Shown: one piece after another, positions 20,983 through 31,539 of the stretch
Layout: each line of letters begins with the position of its first letter
Numbering within the stretch: position 1 is the first letter of the stretch
Virus record (IMG/VR): IMGVR_UViG_3300046777_002716
Location: 1-64,000 of that record
From: a virus
DNA: 64,000 bases
Reading direction: 5' to 3' (one strand)
Made by a program: the position numbers and the translations under genes
Notes under the pieces: generated by a model
What the model was told of the DNA's origin: nothing
The model's database searches: none
Seen by the model: the letters and a program-made list of their open reading frames with translations, nothing else

Positions 20983-21043
20983 AAACAACAAACTGAACTA
21001 CAACATTATTTATGTACTATTGTAGTGCAGTTTTTTAAATTAG

Positions 21044-22228
21044 TCAAAGTTTAAATCCAGCAAATGCATTATTTTTCATATCTTGTTTAATTCCACCAAC
21101 CAAATAACTGGTAATTTGCGTTTGCTGTGGGGCTACTTGAACTTCTTTTGAATTAATCCAGTGAGAAGTCCAAGGAAGTGGATTATTCTTTGCTGGAATA
21201 TCATAAAGTGGTTTCAGACCAATTGCCTTCATTCTACGATTGGCAATCCATTCAACATATTGATGTAATAGTTTGTCATTTAGACCAATCATGGATCCAT
21301 CCTTGAATAGATACTCTGCCCAAAGTTTTTCTTGATTTACAGCATTCTCAAAAGTCTTATAGACCCACTGTTCTTCTTCCTGTGAGATTCTCTTCATCTC
21401 TGGATCATCACCCTCTTTCCACTTGTTTAGAATGTTCTGAGTGATAACCAAGTGTTGATTCTCATCACGAGCAATCAATGAGATGATCTTTGCACTTCCT
21501 TCCATAATCTTGAGTTCGCCAAATGCAAAACTGCAAGCAAAACTGACGTAAAAGCGAATACCTTCAAGAATATTAACGTTTGCAACTGCTCTGAACAATT
21601 TACGTTTGAGTTCATACCTTTCTGCCTGTGCGTAGGGAACTGATTCTTGAGCGTGTATCCAAAGATCAGAAGAACCATAATGCTGAGCACTATTGATGAA
21701 GTCATTATATGCCTCAGTTACACTAACTGCACGTTCTAGAATGCGATCATCTTTCAGAATAGTATCAAATACGTCTGAAGGATCCGAATAAACATTCTTG
21801 ATGATATAAGTGTATGAACGAGAATGAATCATTTCCATAAATTCCCAAACTTTCATACATGCTTCTAGTTCGGGAAGAGAACAGTATGGTGCAAATGCCA
21901 TACCTGGACCGCGACCCTGAACAGAGTCAAGCATAACCTGATATTTCAGGTTACTTGTAAAAATATGCTTCTGTTCAGGACGGAGAGTTTGATAATCTCC
22001 ACGGTCTTTTTGGAGGGAGACCTCCTCGGGTCTCCAGAAATAACCCAGTTGCTGAGTAGTTAACTTTTCAAAAATTGGATACTTGTAAGAATCATATCTT
22101 TGAATACCTAGTGGTTGTCCAAAAAACATAGGTTGCTTTTTGGTATCTACTTCCTGAGAATTGAAGACGGTCATAGATTCGACCATATTTTTCTCCTCTG
22201 AATTTGTTTTAAATCTTACAAGACTCAC
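21044..22228 (-). CDS. nrdB: Ribonucleotide reductase class Ia beta subunit
   Basis: FWRPEEV, LDSVQGRGP, EMIHSRSY, LEGIRFYVSFAC and RDENQH motifs. Confidence 0.97.
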   Translation of the reverse strand: MSLVRFKTNSEEKNMVESMTVFNSQEVDTKKQPMFFGQPLGIQRYDSYKYPIFEKLTTQQLGYFWRPEEVSLQKDRGDYQTLRPEQKHIFTSNLKYQVMLDSVQGRGPGMAFAPYCSLPELEACMKVWEFMEMIHSRSYTYIIKNVYSDPSDVFDTILKDDRILERAVSVTEAYNDFINSAQHYGSSDLWIHAQESVPYAQAERYELKRKLFRAVANVNILEGIRFYVSFACSFAFGELKIMEGSAKIISLIARDENQHLVITQNILNKWKEGDDPEMKRISQEEEQWVYKTFENAVNQEKLWAEYLFKDGSMIGLNDKLLHQYVEWIANRRMKAIGLKPLYDIPAKNNPLPWTSHWINSKEVQVAPQQTQITSYLVGGIKQDMKNNAFAGFKL

Positions 22229-24506
22229 AATCTTCCTCCTCTGAATTAAGAATATCGGAAACTAAATCATTGACTGATGGTTTGGATTCTTCCATTTCAT
22301 CAGTTTTAATATCGTAGGTGTTTTGATAGTAACTGGTTTTCCAACCGTACTTATATGTAGTCAACAGATCTTGAGCCATTACTGACACAGGAACTTCGTT
22401 ATCTGGATAATTTTGGGGATTATATGACCAGTTTCCAGAAATCGCTTGATCAAAGAATTTTTGCATAACAGCAACAATATTGATATAACCACGATTGCTA
22501 GGCATATCCCAAAGAAGCGTATAATTGTTCTTAAGTGTTTGATACTGAGGAACAATTTGCTTGAGAGGTCCTTTCTTCGATTTTTTAATGGACAGGTATC
22601 CGCGAGGAGGTTCGATTCCATTTGTTGCATTTGACACAACGGAACTGCTCTCCGATGGCATCTGTGCGGACAGTGTTGAGTTCCTAACACCGTATTGCTT
22701 AACTTGTTCTCTAAGACTCTCCCAATCATACTTTAGTTCATTAGAGACAATTTCATCAACATCTTTCTTATAGGTGTCAATTGGTAGAATACCATTGCCA
22801 TACTTAGTTCTGTGAGAATACTCACAAGCACCTTTTTCTTTGGCAAGGTTTACTGTTGCTTGAATAAGGTAGTATTGGAATGCCTCAGTCAAATCATGAA
22901 CAAGTTTCCAAGCACCTGGATCATCATAATGTTCTCCGTGTTTAGCAAGATAATGTGCTAGACCAATATATCCAATTCCAAGAGATCTACGTGCTCTGGT
23001 AGCAATTTCTGCTGCTTTCACGGGATATCCTTGGAAATCAATGAGTTCATCAAGACTTCTGACAGCAAGATCACAAAGAACTTCTAGATCATCATTTTCC
23101 CTGATCTTTCCAACATTGATTGCACTCAGAATACAGAGAGCAATTTCTCCGTCCGGATCATCAATATGTTGGATAGGTTTAGTGGGTAGAGTAATCTCTT
23201 GACACAAATTGCTCATCTCAACTTTATCCATAAAGGATGAGTGAGAGTTGCAGTGGTCAATGTTCATAATGTAGATTCTACCAGTTTCTGCCCTTTCTTT
23301 CAAGAGGTCTAGGAAGAGTTCTTGAGCACCGATAGTTTTTCTAGGAATAGACTCATCTCGTTCTGCAGCCACGTATAGATCGTCAAATCTATCAGTGCCA
23401 AAAGCATCATAAAGACCAGGAACTGAGTGTGGAGAGAAGAGAGAGATCTCTTCATTCTTAATGAATCGTTCATAGAACAGTTTAGAGATTTGGATGCTGT
23501 AGTCTAACTTACGAACACGGTTATCTTCAGTTCCTTTATTATTCTTTAAGACCAGGATATCTTCTATCTCTTGGTGCCAGATAGGAAAGTGAACTGTAGC
23601 AGAACCACCTCTGATGCCGTTCTGAGTGCAGCATCGGACAGTTGCCTCAAACTTCTTAAGGAAGGGGACAACGCCTGTGTGCTGTACCTCTCCGCCTCTG
23701 ATTTTGCTATTGATGCCACGGATCCGACCAGCGTTGATACCGATACCAGCCCTTTGTGCAACGTATTTGCCAATAGCCATATCACTGCTAAAGATACTAT
23801 CGAGGGTGTCATCAACATCAACGAGAACACAAGATGCATATTGACGAAGTGGTGTTCTGACTCCCGCCATGATTGGTGTTGGGATGTTGATCTTGTGCTT
23901 GCTGATTGCGTCATAATACTTTCTAACGTAATCCAATCGAGTCTCTTTTGGATATTTAGAGAAAATAGTTGCAGCAATCAGAAGGTACATAAACTGAGGA
24001 GTCTCATAAAGTTCCCCAGTACTACGATCTTGAACAAGGTACTTATCAACTACCTGACGAAGACCAGCATATGTAAACAGGTAATCTCTGTCATGATCAA
24101 TAAATGATTGGAGTTTTTCAAACTCTTCTTCGGTATAAAGATTTAAGATCTCCTCATCATAAACTCCCCGTTCAACACATTTACGTGTATGTGTAAGAAG
24201 AGTTGGGCATTCATACATGCGCCCAAATAACTGCTTACGAAGGGCAAAAAGAAGAAGACGAGCAGCAACAAATTGATAATTGGGATGATCCAAATCAATG
24301 AGATCACTGGCAGAACGAATCAGAATCTCCTGAATTTCTGCAGTGGTAATACCATCATAAAATTGGATACCAGATTGCATTTCAACTTGAGATGCTGATA
24401 CTCCTGCAAGATCTTTACATGCCTCATCTACCATAAGGTGAAGTTTGTTCAGATCCAAACTTTCAATTGACCCATTTCTTTTTATTACTTTTGTACCGTT
24501 GCTCAT
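22209..24506 (-). CDS. nrdA: Ribonucleotide reductase class Ia alpha subunit
   Basis: ATP cone (VIKRNG), SCVL, SNLCQEI, MPSESSS and C-terminal CESC. Confidence 0.97.
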   Translation of the reverse strand: MSNGTKVIKRNGSIESLDLNKLHLMVDEACKDLAGVSASQVEMQSGIQFYDGITTAEIQEILIRSASDLIDLDHPNYQFVAARLLLFALRKQLFGRMYECPTLLTHTRKCVERGVYDEEILNLYTEEEFEKLQSFIDHDRDYLFTYAGLRQVVDKYLVQDRSTGELYETPQFMYLLIAATIFSKYPKETRLDYVRKYYDAISKHKINIPTPIMAGVRTPLRQYASCVLVDVDDTLDSIFSSDMAIGKYVAQRAGIGINAGRIRGINSKIRGGEVQHTGVVPFLKKFEATVRCCTQNGIRGGSATVHFPIWHQEIEDILVLKNNKGTEDNRVRKLDYSIQISKLFYERFIKNEEISLFSPHSVPGLYDAFGTDRFDDLYVAAERDESIPRKTIGAQELFLDLLKERAETGRIYIMNIDHCNSHSSFMDKVEMSNLCQEITLPTKPIQHIDDPDGEIALCILSAINVGKIRENDDLEVLCDLAVRSLDELIDFQGYPVKAAEIATRARRSLGIGYIGLAHYLAKHGEHYDDPGAWKLVHDLTEAFQYYLIQATVNLAKEKGACEYSHRTKYGNGILPIDTYKKDVDEIVSNELKYDWESLREQVKQYGVRNSTLSAQMPSESSSVVSNATNGIEPPRGYLSIKKSKKGPLKQIVPQYQTLKNNYTLLWDMPSNRGYINIVAVMQKFFDQAISGNWSYNPQNYPDNEVPVSVMAQDLLTTYKYGWKTSYYQNTYDIKTDEMEESKPSVNDLVSDILNSEEEDCESCKI

Positions 24507-25489
24507 ACTTTCTTCCATTCGTTAAACTTTACTTTTGCCTCTAACCCTTTGTATGTATGTGATTTTAACACATGCATAATTTCTTGTCCAGCAAGAACCA
24601 TATCATTAATATCCTTTTCAATAATTGATTTTGGCCAAATAACTACTTTTTCACCTCTGTCGATGAGTTTGGATATCCTGTTACAGATTTCTTTGTTTCT
24701 AGGTTCATTATCAAGAACATACACAATATCATCGCCCAAATTAAGACTATCGAGTAAAATATCCGATCCGCACATTGCGAGGGAATTTTTGACAAACGTT
24801 GAGTCAAAAGGACCTTCTGTAACATAAATCGTTTCATTTTTATTTACTCCATCTAATCCATAAACTTTCGGCAGACTTTCGTCTAAAATGACTGTAATGT
24901 ATTTAACAGGACTTTTTCCTAATGCACGTCCTTGAAAACCAAAGACTTTTCCATTTTCATCTAATAGTGGAATTACTATTCTAGATTCTTCATACTTTAG
25001 ACTTTTTTCATCAAAAGTATTAATATGAGTATTAACCCATTCTTTAAACTTTTCCGCAAAGTAAAATCTATCTGGATCTAATTTCCTGTCCAATAGATAC
25101 TTTTTTGCAGTCTTATCCTCGGATGCTTTTGGTAGATTTAATTTTTCCTTTTTCTTAAATTCAGGTTTCTTAAACTCAAACTTTGGTTCTTCAACAACAA
25201 AGTTTTTCCCAGTATGACCTTGTTTAAATTTTTCTAGAGTATATTGTTGATGTAGTATTGGATCAAGTTTTTTTAAAAAATTATTAAATGAGAGACTAGA
25301 TCCACAATTATGACATTTAAAGTTACTATTGTTTTTGATGGAGTAAATATACCCTCTAGTTTTACTTTTATTCTTTTGCGAATCACCACAAAGAGGACAC
25401 CTAAAGTTGTATAGGTCAGACTTTACCTTTTTGAATTTTTCAAGTCTAGTAGATAGCAGACCAATGTATTTGGAATCAATTGTGTCCAT
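24503..25489 (-). CDS. gp61: DNA primase (T4 gp61)
   Basis: FRCPLCGDS...KCHNCG; EGPFDS; KDINDM. Confidence 0.95.
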   Translation of the reverse strand: MDTIDSKYIGLLSTRLEKFKKVKSDLYNFRCPLCGDSQKNKSKTRGYIYSIKNNSNFKCHNCGSSLSFNNFLKKLDPILHQQYTLEKFKQGHTGKNFVVEEPKFEFKKPEFKKKEKLNLPKASEDKTAKKYLLDRKLDPDRFYFAEKFKEWVNTHINTFDEKSLKYEESRIVIPLLDENGKVFGFQGRALGKSPVKYITVILDESLPKVYGLDGVNKNETIYVTEGPFDSTFVKNSLAMCGSDILLDSLNLGDDIVYVLDNEPRNKEICNRISKLIDRGEKVVIWPKSIIEKDINDMVLAGQEIMHVLKSHTYKGLEAKVKFNEWKKV

Positions 25490-25537
25490 TCATAATGATG
25501 ATCAGGAATTCTAGACTAACACACTATTGGGTCTTTG

Positions 25538-25969
25538 TCAACGAACTCTTTGATTGATAATTGCTTCCCTATGGACCTGCATCTCACTTGGTGTCCACCA
25601 TCCAGATGCAAGACTGGAAATTGCAGCAGTTAAAACTGCCAAAAGAACTCCACATCCAACAGTCATCCACTTAATTTTACCAATTTCTTTAACTTCTTCT
25701 TCAATTTTATCAATTCTTTCTGATACTGCTTCGTGTTGATCTTTGTTTTCCTTTTTTAGATCATTGATCAGATTAGATATCATTGTATCAGTCTTTGTAC
25801 ACTGTTCTATTCTTTCATCATGAACAGCGAGCATTTTTGAAATACTTTGACTAGTTTTTCCCATGATTTGGATAGCTTCATCTATCTTTTTCATCATGGT
25901 TTCATATGAAGAAAGTCTTTCTTCTAAAACTGCGATTTTGGTGTCTGCAGTTGAATTATTGCTAAACAT
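25538..25969 (-). CDS. Coiled-coil protein with a C-terminal TM helix
   Basis: Heptad pattern followed by a hydrophobic WMTVGCGVLLAVLTAAI segment. Confidence 0.65.
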   Translation of the reverse strand: MFSNNSTADTKIAVLEERLSSYETMMKKIDEAIQIMGKTSQSISKMLAVHDERIEQCTKTDTMISNLINDLKKENKDQHEAVSERIDKIEEEVKEIGKIKWMTVGCGVLLAVLTAAISSLASGWWTPSEMQVHREAIINQRVR

Positions 25970-26023
25970 ATTCGCTATATGGTGTTAGATGTGGGTATAT
26001 AACGAATTATTTTCATCTTAATA

Positions 26024-26269
26024 TTATTTATTCGTTGAATTATTTCTCCTTACCATCCAGTTTTTTCTAGTATTTTTTTGGTAAATATACTTTTTCCTTT
26101 TTCCCAAAATTTGATCATATCCAGCAGTAGGTCCTGGGTCAAATCCTTGAGCACTTCCACCAAAACCCGCTTTATTTGCGGTACTTGCAGTATTCATCGT
26201 TGGTGCTGATCCAACAACACCTTCTTCACGCAAATTTCTAACTATTCCAATAATTCTATTAATGTCCAT
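26024..26269 (-). CDS. Small protein carrying a copy of the gp23 N-arm
   Basis: TASTANKAGFGGSAQGFDPGPTAGYD versus gp23 TASTAGAAGFGGSAQGFNAGPTAGFD. Confidence 0.7.
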   Translation of the reverse strand: MDINRIIGIVRNLREEGVVGSAPTMNTASTANKAGFGGSAQGFDPGPTAGYDQILGKRKKYIYQKNTRKNWMVRRNNSTNK

Positions 26270-26640
26270 TAGATTTCCTGCAGTAGGAGTAAACAGTTTT
26301 TATCTTCCTCAATATTATCAATTTGAGATTTTGGATATTCTGGAAGACGATTTAAAAATATTAAAAAACTTTTGATTAAAGGCCAAAGGTCCCTCTCTAA
26401 ATTATAAAATAATAGAGGAACAGTAGCGTCATCAAAAACATTAAAAAGAACGGTAAGATGATTTAGAATAAGGTGTATTTTTAGTACACCAGTAGTCTTA
26501 TATCTTTTTAATAATCTTTTTACATATTTTATTCGCTTCAAGTCATCCTCAAAATCTTCTTTAGTGAGTGCTTGAGGGTTATTATAGAATTTTATTGCAA
26601 AAAGCAAATAATTATTTTCATTCAATTCATCAAATCTCAT
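26269..26640 (-). CDS. Conserved T4-like phage hypothetical protein
   Basis: FAIKFYNNP...FEDDLKRIKY...LILNHL. Confidence 0.75.
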   Translation of the reverse strand: MRFDELNENNYLLFAIKFYNNPQALTKEDFEDDLKRIKYVKRLLKRYKTTGVLKIHLILNHLTVLFNVFDDATVPLLFYNLERDLWPLIKSFLIFLNRLPEYPKSQIDNIEEDKNCLLLLQEI

Positions 26641-26647
26641 ATACTAA

Positions 26648-27169
26648 TTATTTCTGTCCAGGGAATCTAGGTACATTACCAGTCTGAATACCAGACATAG
26701 CAACAAGTGTTTCTTCTTTAACTCTTAGATTGCCATGGTTATCGACGTAAGTAACAATACCAACCCATCCAGAGTGTGTTACTGCATATTGTGTGTTAAT
26801 TGCTGCAGATGCTCCTGCTTCTGATACACCATATACAAATGCATCAGCATTGGTTCTTGTTCTACTATAATGACTATCTAATGTTAGATATTTTGGTTCT
26901 TGATTGATTGTAAATGAGGTACCAGCAATTGAAGCACCACTAAGCATTGCGGTAGATCCAATTGTTAGTTGTGTGCTACTAGCGATGCTAACAATTACTG
27001 CATCACCATAGTAGGTACCTTCTCTGCTACCAAATCTGATTACATCACCTGTTGCAGCAGCACCAACACTACCAAAACTAGTTCCAGAACCAGTTACAGT
27101 TAAAGTGCTGTAGTTAAGTGAAACGGTTCCACCAGCACCGATATTGTCTTTATTGCCCCAGAGAGACAT
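26648..27169 (-). CDS. Putative virion structural protein
   Basis: MSLWGNKD start, HSGWV and RVKEETLVAM; Gly/Ser/Thr-rich; TATAAATA promoter. Confidence 0.65.
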   Translation of the reverse strand: MSLWGNKDNIGAGGTVSLNYSTLTVTGSGTSFGSVGAAATGDVIRFGSREGTYYGDAVIVSIASSTQLTIGSTAMLSGASIAGTSFTINQEPKYLTLDSHYSRTRTNADAFVYGVSEAGASAAINTQYAVTHSGWVGIVTYVDNHGNLRVKEETLVAMSGIQTGNVPRFPGQK

Positions 27170-27222
27170 ATGCTTTACCTATAAAGTTCTTTTTCTAGTA
27201 ATATTTATAAAAAAAGGAGATC

Positions 27223-27405
27223 TTAGTCGATCTCCTTTTCATTCTTTTTTGTTGAAGTTACTACACGTAAAAAATTTATTACAAATTTATGAACACTGTT
27301 AGCTTTTATACTTGGAATATCATCTAGAAGTTCTGAGATTGCTAACAGTATTGCTAGAGTAATTGTTATTCCCCAGTTGATAAGGATACACTCTAGCAGT
27401 GCCAT
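27223..27405 (-). CDS. Small membrane protein
   Basis: One TM helix; IPSIKANSV; charged tail. Confidence 0.55.
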   Translation of the reverse strand: MALLECILINWGITITLAILLAISELLDDIPSIKANSVHKFVINFLRVVTSTKKNEKEID

Positions 27406-27581
27406 CAGCAGTTCTTAAGAAGTGCAGTTCTTACAAGATCAACCAGTTTGTCGTCAACGTCATTATCGGTGCTCTTTGAGTACTTCTCAAGGAGATATAC
27501 GACAAACTTTTTAACTTCGCAACTCTGCCAGAACATTCCAACAAGACTTTCACCTAATTTTACAAGTACGTTCCAGTTCAT
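27405..27581 (-). CDS. Small protein (58 aa, ...KSTDNDVDDKLV...)
   Basis: GGAGG SD; CTAAATA late promoter; TGATG-coupled to the next ORF. Confidence 0.7.
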   Translation of the reverse strand: MNWNVLVKLGESLVGMFWQSCEVKKFVVYLLEKYSKSTDNDVDDKLVDLVRTALLKNC

Positions 27582-27622
27582 GATTTTCCTCCGTGTGAAG
27601 AGTATCTGATCTATTTAGACTT

Positions 27623-29119
27623 TCAATCCTTTCCAAGAGACTTGTCTGTTGGACCTTGACGGAATTCAGACTTATCACTCTGTCTTGCATGTCTTAATCT
27701 ATCAATTCTGGATCCCATTCTTTCAGATCTTCTCTGAAGTTCTTTCTTCTTTGGGGAATCCTTAACAAAAGCTCTTTGTCTTTTTGTCAGGTCATCTTTG
27801 GCACGAGTAGCAGTACCAATCAAACGAGTTTTGGTTTCTCCCTCACTACGATCACCATGCTTCTGGAATCTTCTTTCTTGTGCTTCTTTGGTTCCCTCAT
27901 CAACCAATTCTACACCTTCTGCAGCAATTACAATAGGATTCTTTACTCCCATTGCTCTTATTTTATTTTTAATAAGATTGGTTGAGGTAGGAACGGATCT
28001 CTTATCCTTTTCATTATCATCACAACCACATTCAGTTTCTTCTGCAACTTTTTTTGCAATTTTAGTTGCAGTGGCATACATTACTTCTTTTCCACGACCA
28101 GGATATTTTTTTTCAAATTCGGAAGATTTATCTTTCATTGATTTAACAATTTCTTCCCTTTTCTTAGTTTCTGCAGATGTTAATTTTTTTTCTTGAATCA
28201 TTTCAAGAAATTTTGAATATCCATTTTCACTGAGGACATTACCTTGAAGTTCAGTGTGTGCCATTACAGTAGTGGTAGGATTTACAACTACTTTATTTTT
28301 CTTGTTTGAAGGAAGAACATCAATTTTCTTTTGATTTGCATCTGGATTTACTTCAGTAGTAATCTCTCTAATATATTCTTCTTTTTGTGTTCTAGAACTG
28401 ATAGCACTACCAATCTTATCTCTTCTATTTTTTAGGTATCCATCGGTTTTATTTACCTTACCATCATTATTGATGTCACTATCCTCTTTTCCAACTGGAT
28501 CGAGTTTACCTGTCTTGGACTTTGCAGTTTGCTCTCCTTTGGTCCTTTCACCTTCATATGGAGTACCGTACTCGGTCATTTCGACAGATTCAATATTTGG
28601 ATTTGCTCTCAATTCATTAATTTTTTGTCTATTGGCAAATCTAACATAAGAAGTACCATTTTTATCGGTTACTCTTACTTTATATTTTCTATCGTTTATT
28701 GAACCTTGAGATGCTTCTTCTAACTGATTTTTTAATTCAGTTTCAGAAACTTTATCAGAATTTTTACCCTCAACAAATACTTTGTATAGAACTTTTGCAA
28801 CTGTACTAGATGCAAATTGTTCAATATTGTAATCTTCTTGTACAGGTCCTTTTCCAAACAGTTTATTTCGTACTTCAGTTTTTTCCATCTCACTCATGGA
28901 ACTATTCTGCATGTACTGGGAGTACGCTTGACGGAGAGGAATTTCTTCCCTTCTAGCACGGTATCTGATATCATAAACTGCCTGTCTAACTCTTTCCTCA
29001 GGGGTTTTACCTTCACCCTTTTTATCTTTATCTGCACCATCTCTACCTTGAGGTGGTGTGGACAGTTTTGCCTGAGGATGACTTCTTACTGGTAGTTCTT
29101 CAGAAATATTTTTTTTCAT
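27623..29119 (-). CDS. Hypothetical charged protein, probably virion-associated
   Basis: [21 protein letters not shown] Ca-binding-like motif; [13 protein letters not shown]. Confidence 0.65.
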   Translation of the reverse strand: MKKNISEELPVRSHPQAKLSTPPQGRDGADKDKKGEGKTPEERVRQAVYDIRYRARREEIPLRQAYSQYMQNSSMSEMEKTEVRNKLFGKGPVQEDYNIEQFASSTVAKVLYKVFVEGKNSDKVSETELKNQLEEASQGSINDRKYKVRVTDKNGTSYVRFANRQKINELRANPNIESVEMTEYGTPYEGERTKGEQTAKSKTGKLDPVGKEDSDINNDGKVNKTDGYLKNRRDKIGSAISSRTQKEEYIREITTEVNPDANQKKIDVLPSNKKNKVVVNPTTTVMAHTELQGNVLSENGYSKFLEMIQEKKLTSAETKKREEIVKSMKDKSSEFEKKYPGRGKEVMYATATKIAKKVAEETECGCDDNEKDKRSVPTSTNLIKNKIRAMGVKNPIVIAAEGVELVDEGTKEAQERRFQKHGDRSEGETKTRLIGTATRAKDDLTKRQRAFVKDSPKKKELQRRSERMGSRIDRLRHARQSDKSEFRQGPTDKSLGKD

Positions 29120-29136
29120 GAGAAGAAATGATCGTC

Positions 29137-30465
29137 TTACTTTTTTCTATGTTTATTTATAAATTCAACACCATACGCTTTTCCGCCAGGTTGTAAATTT
29201 TTAGAATTTGTCTTTACTGCTCCTGGTGTCATCATTGATGCGTATTTAAAATACCCAGTAGTACCTATTAATGTATTTGGTTTATTGGGCATTCTCATAA
29301 TATTATCATTTCTTACTTCAGTATATTCTTTTAAATCTTTAATCCAAGATTTAAACATCATACCGTTTTCTGTAACGCAAATAAGATAGTTGGTACCACG
29401 TCGAATAATTTTTCCAACCAGTCCAGTATTAAGATTTTCAACAATTTCACCAATTCTAAAAAGATTTTCTTGCAAATAATTCTCTCTTAGATTTTGAAAA
29501 TCAAACTTAGGAGCAATCTCCCAAGTATTGTATCCTTCTTGTTGAATTTCCTGAATTCCCATACCTTGTCTAACAAAATAAAAAAGATCTAATGCTTCTT
29601 TATTTTTTAATTCTTTAGGTAATGCAGATCTGAAAGTAACAAAATCACCCTCTGCAGCAGCAAGTCTTAATCTTGAGGCAGAAACACCCTCAATACCTTT
29701 TCCATCTGGGTCACGATCACCAGCAGAAATTACTTCAATAACGTCAAATTGATATAATTGACCGTTATAATTGTTAGAAAGTTTTTCAAATTCTTTTACT
29801 CTATCAGACCCACCAACAATTCTCACATTAGCATATCCATCATTATGCGCTTTTTTAAGCACGTCAAAAATAGTAATATAATTAACATCATTTACAATTC
29901 TTTCACTATGTTCAGGGAACATTTTTCTCATGAAAGAAATTTTCGTATCAGGATCTAGTGGATTCTTTTTCTTGTCTTGAGAACGAGATGGTACAATAAT
30001 ATAATCACCACCATCTTCCATTGCAGAAAGAGCAGCGGTATCCATTAATTGTTGGTGCCCAATTGTTGGAGGATTAAATCTTCCAAATGCAATAGTTAAG
30101 GTTCCTTTAGTTTTTGGTACAGGAGGAAGAGAAAATAAAGGTTCTTCCTGTGGAATTTGTTCTTGTGACAATTGATATTCTTGAGGAATTTCTTCCTGAG
30201 GTAAAGGTTGTTGAACAGGAACTTGCTGTTGAGGTAGGACGGATCCTGAAGGAATGTTTTTTTCAAATTCGCTTTGCTTTGGATCCTTACCCCCAATATT
30301 TTGCCTTTTATTGAAGTATTTCAGTTGTCCACCCACGGTTTTCGCTTCAAATTCACCAGTGGCCCTATTATACCATCCACCGTGACCGTCTCCAACTAAT
30401 CCAAGACGAGCTGCTTGCACTGATGCGGATGTTGCCTCTACAATAAACTGGGGAAATAATTTCAT
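29137..30465 (-). CDS. Cytidyltransferase-like (HxGH) nucleotidyltransferase
   Basis: [27 protein letters not shown]; N-terminus [11 protein letters not shown]. Confidence 0.85.
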   Translation of the reverse strand: MKLFPQFIVEATSASVQAARLGLVGDGHGGWYNRATGEFEAKTVGGQLKYFNKRQNIGGKDPKQSEFEKNIPSGSVLPQQQVPVQQPLPQEEIPQEYQLSQEQIPQEEPLFSLPPVPKTKGTLTIAFGRFNPPTIGHQQLMDTAALSAMEDGGDYIIVPSRSQDKKKNPLDPDTKISFMRKMFPEHSERIVNDVNYITIFDVLKKAHNDGYANVRIVGGSDRVKEFEKLSNNYNGQLYQFDVIEVISAGDRDPDGKGIEGVSASRLRLAAAEGDFVTFRSALPKELKNKEALDLFYFVRQGMGIQEIQQEGYNTWEIAPKFDFQNLRENYLQENLFRIGEIVENLNTGLVGKIIRRGTNYLICVTENGMMFKSWIKDLKEYTEVRNDNIMRMPNKPNTLIGTTGYFKYASMMTPGAVKTNSKNLQPGGKAYGVEFINKHRKK

Positions 30466-30533
30466 TATTACTTATACTATCAGAAATATTTTAAAATAAT
30501 TCTTATCTATTTATTGTTATTTTAATTATCTAA

Positions 30534-30932
30534 TTATCTGATAGGCATAAGATCAAATAATTCTGGATGTAGTTCACCATATTTTCGAATAATTTCTCCA
30601 GACTTTGCATTTGCAAAATTTTCAGTAGAACTACCAACTTTAGAATTTGTTAGTTTTCCTTCAATACTTCGTTTATAATGTACAAATTCATGAGCAAGTG
30701 TTCTCAGTATATCCATTGGATGTCTGTTAATAATGGACAAATAAATTACATTATCTTTTATTTGCCCAAAAGATTTTATTTTCTTTGAGAAATTTGCATC
30801 ATCTATTAAAATTATTGGTATATCATAAGTTATACGCAATTCCCTTTTAAGGAAGACCTTAAATTGATTCAGAATAATATTAAACTGAATGTTTGTAGTT
30901 GGTCTTCCTTTTCCTTTTCCAAGAATGGACAT
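30534..30932 (-). CDS. Zincin-like (HExxH) protein
   Basis: DILRTLAHEFVH...ENFAN. Confidence 0.7.
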   Translation of the reverse strand: MSILGKGKGRPTTNIQFNIILNQFKVFLKRELRITYDIPIILIDDANFSKKIKSFGQIKDNVIYLSIINRHPMDILRTLAHEFVHYKRSIEGKLTNSKVGSSTENFANAKSGEIIRKYGELHPELFDLMPIR

Positions 30933-30946
30933 ATTTTTGTTTTTAT

Positions 30947-31132
30947 TTATTCTTCGCCGATAGCAGTGCCAATTTTTTCATCAAGATCACGAATTACCGA
31001 TCTAATATCATTAATCCTTGGGGGAACTGATTCTTGATTGTAAGTATATCCTTTTTGGGATTCAAAAAGAATTTGGCGGACCGCAGCGGCAGAACGAACA
31101 TCAAGTTCTATGGTTAAAACTTTTTCCATCAA
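30947..31132 (-). CDS. Hypothetical protein
   Basis: 61-aa ORF coupled to mazG. Confidence 0.6.
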   Translation of the reverse strand: MMEKVLTIELDVRSAAAVRQILFESQKGYTYNQESVPPRINDIRSVIRDLDEKIGTAIGEE

Positions 31133-31539
31133 ATGTCACCTACTTCACGATTTTCGCTGTAATATACATCAAAGAAACCATCAGGATAACGCTTCATAAG
31201 TTTATCAATATTGGTTTGAATTACTTCATCAAAAGATACTTCAAGAGCAATACATGCTTGTGCAACATACCATAGGGTATCACCCAGTTCTTTAATTAGG
31301 TGAATTTTAGTTTCTTCATTCCATGATTTTCCTTGGAAAACCAGTTTTTTGACAATCTCCATAAACTCTCCACCTTCTGCATTAATACCAACGGCGGCAG
31401 TGAGAAGGCGCTCAATATTTGCACCTTTCTCATCCAATTCAACCATTCGATCAGAAAGTGCAAGGAAATCTTTAGATGCATCAGAAGTTACGGCATCTAC
31501 AAATTTTTGGTACTTACCGAAATCAACTCGTTGTGTCAT
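31129..31539 (-). CDS. mazG: MazG-family nucleotide pyrophosphatase
   Basis: GINAEGGEFMEIVKK...KELGDTLWY...NIDKLMKRYP. Confidence 0.92.
   Translation of the reverse strand: MTQRVDFGKYQKFVDAVTSDASKDFLALSDRMVELDEKGANIERLLTAAVGINAEGGEFMEIVKKLVFQGKSWNEETKIHLIKELGDTLWYVAQACIALEVSFDEVIQTNIDKLMKRYPDGFFDVYYSENREVGDI

Noticed and set aside
21044-24518. Group I intron or intein in nrdA/nrdB (also gp43, gp41, gp20)
   Set aside because: The ORFs are continuous and of normal length; the neighbouring endonucleases are free-standing.
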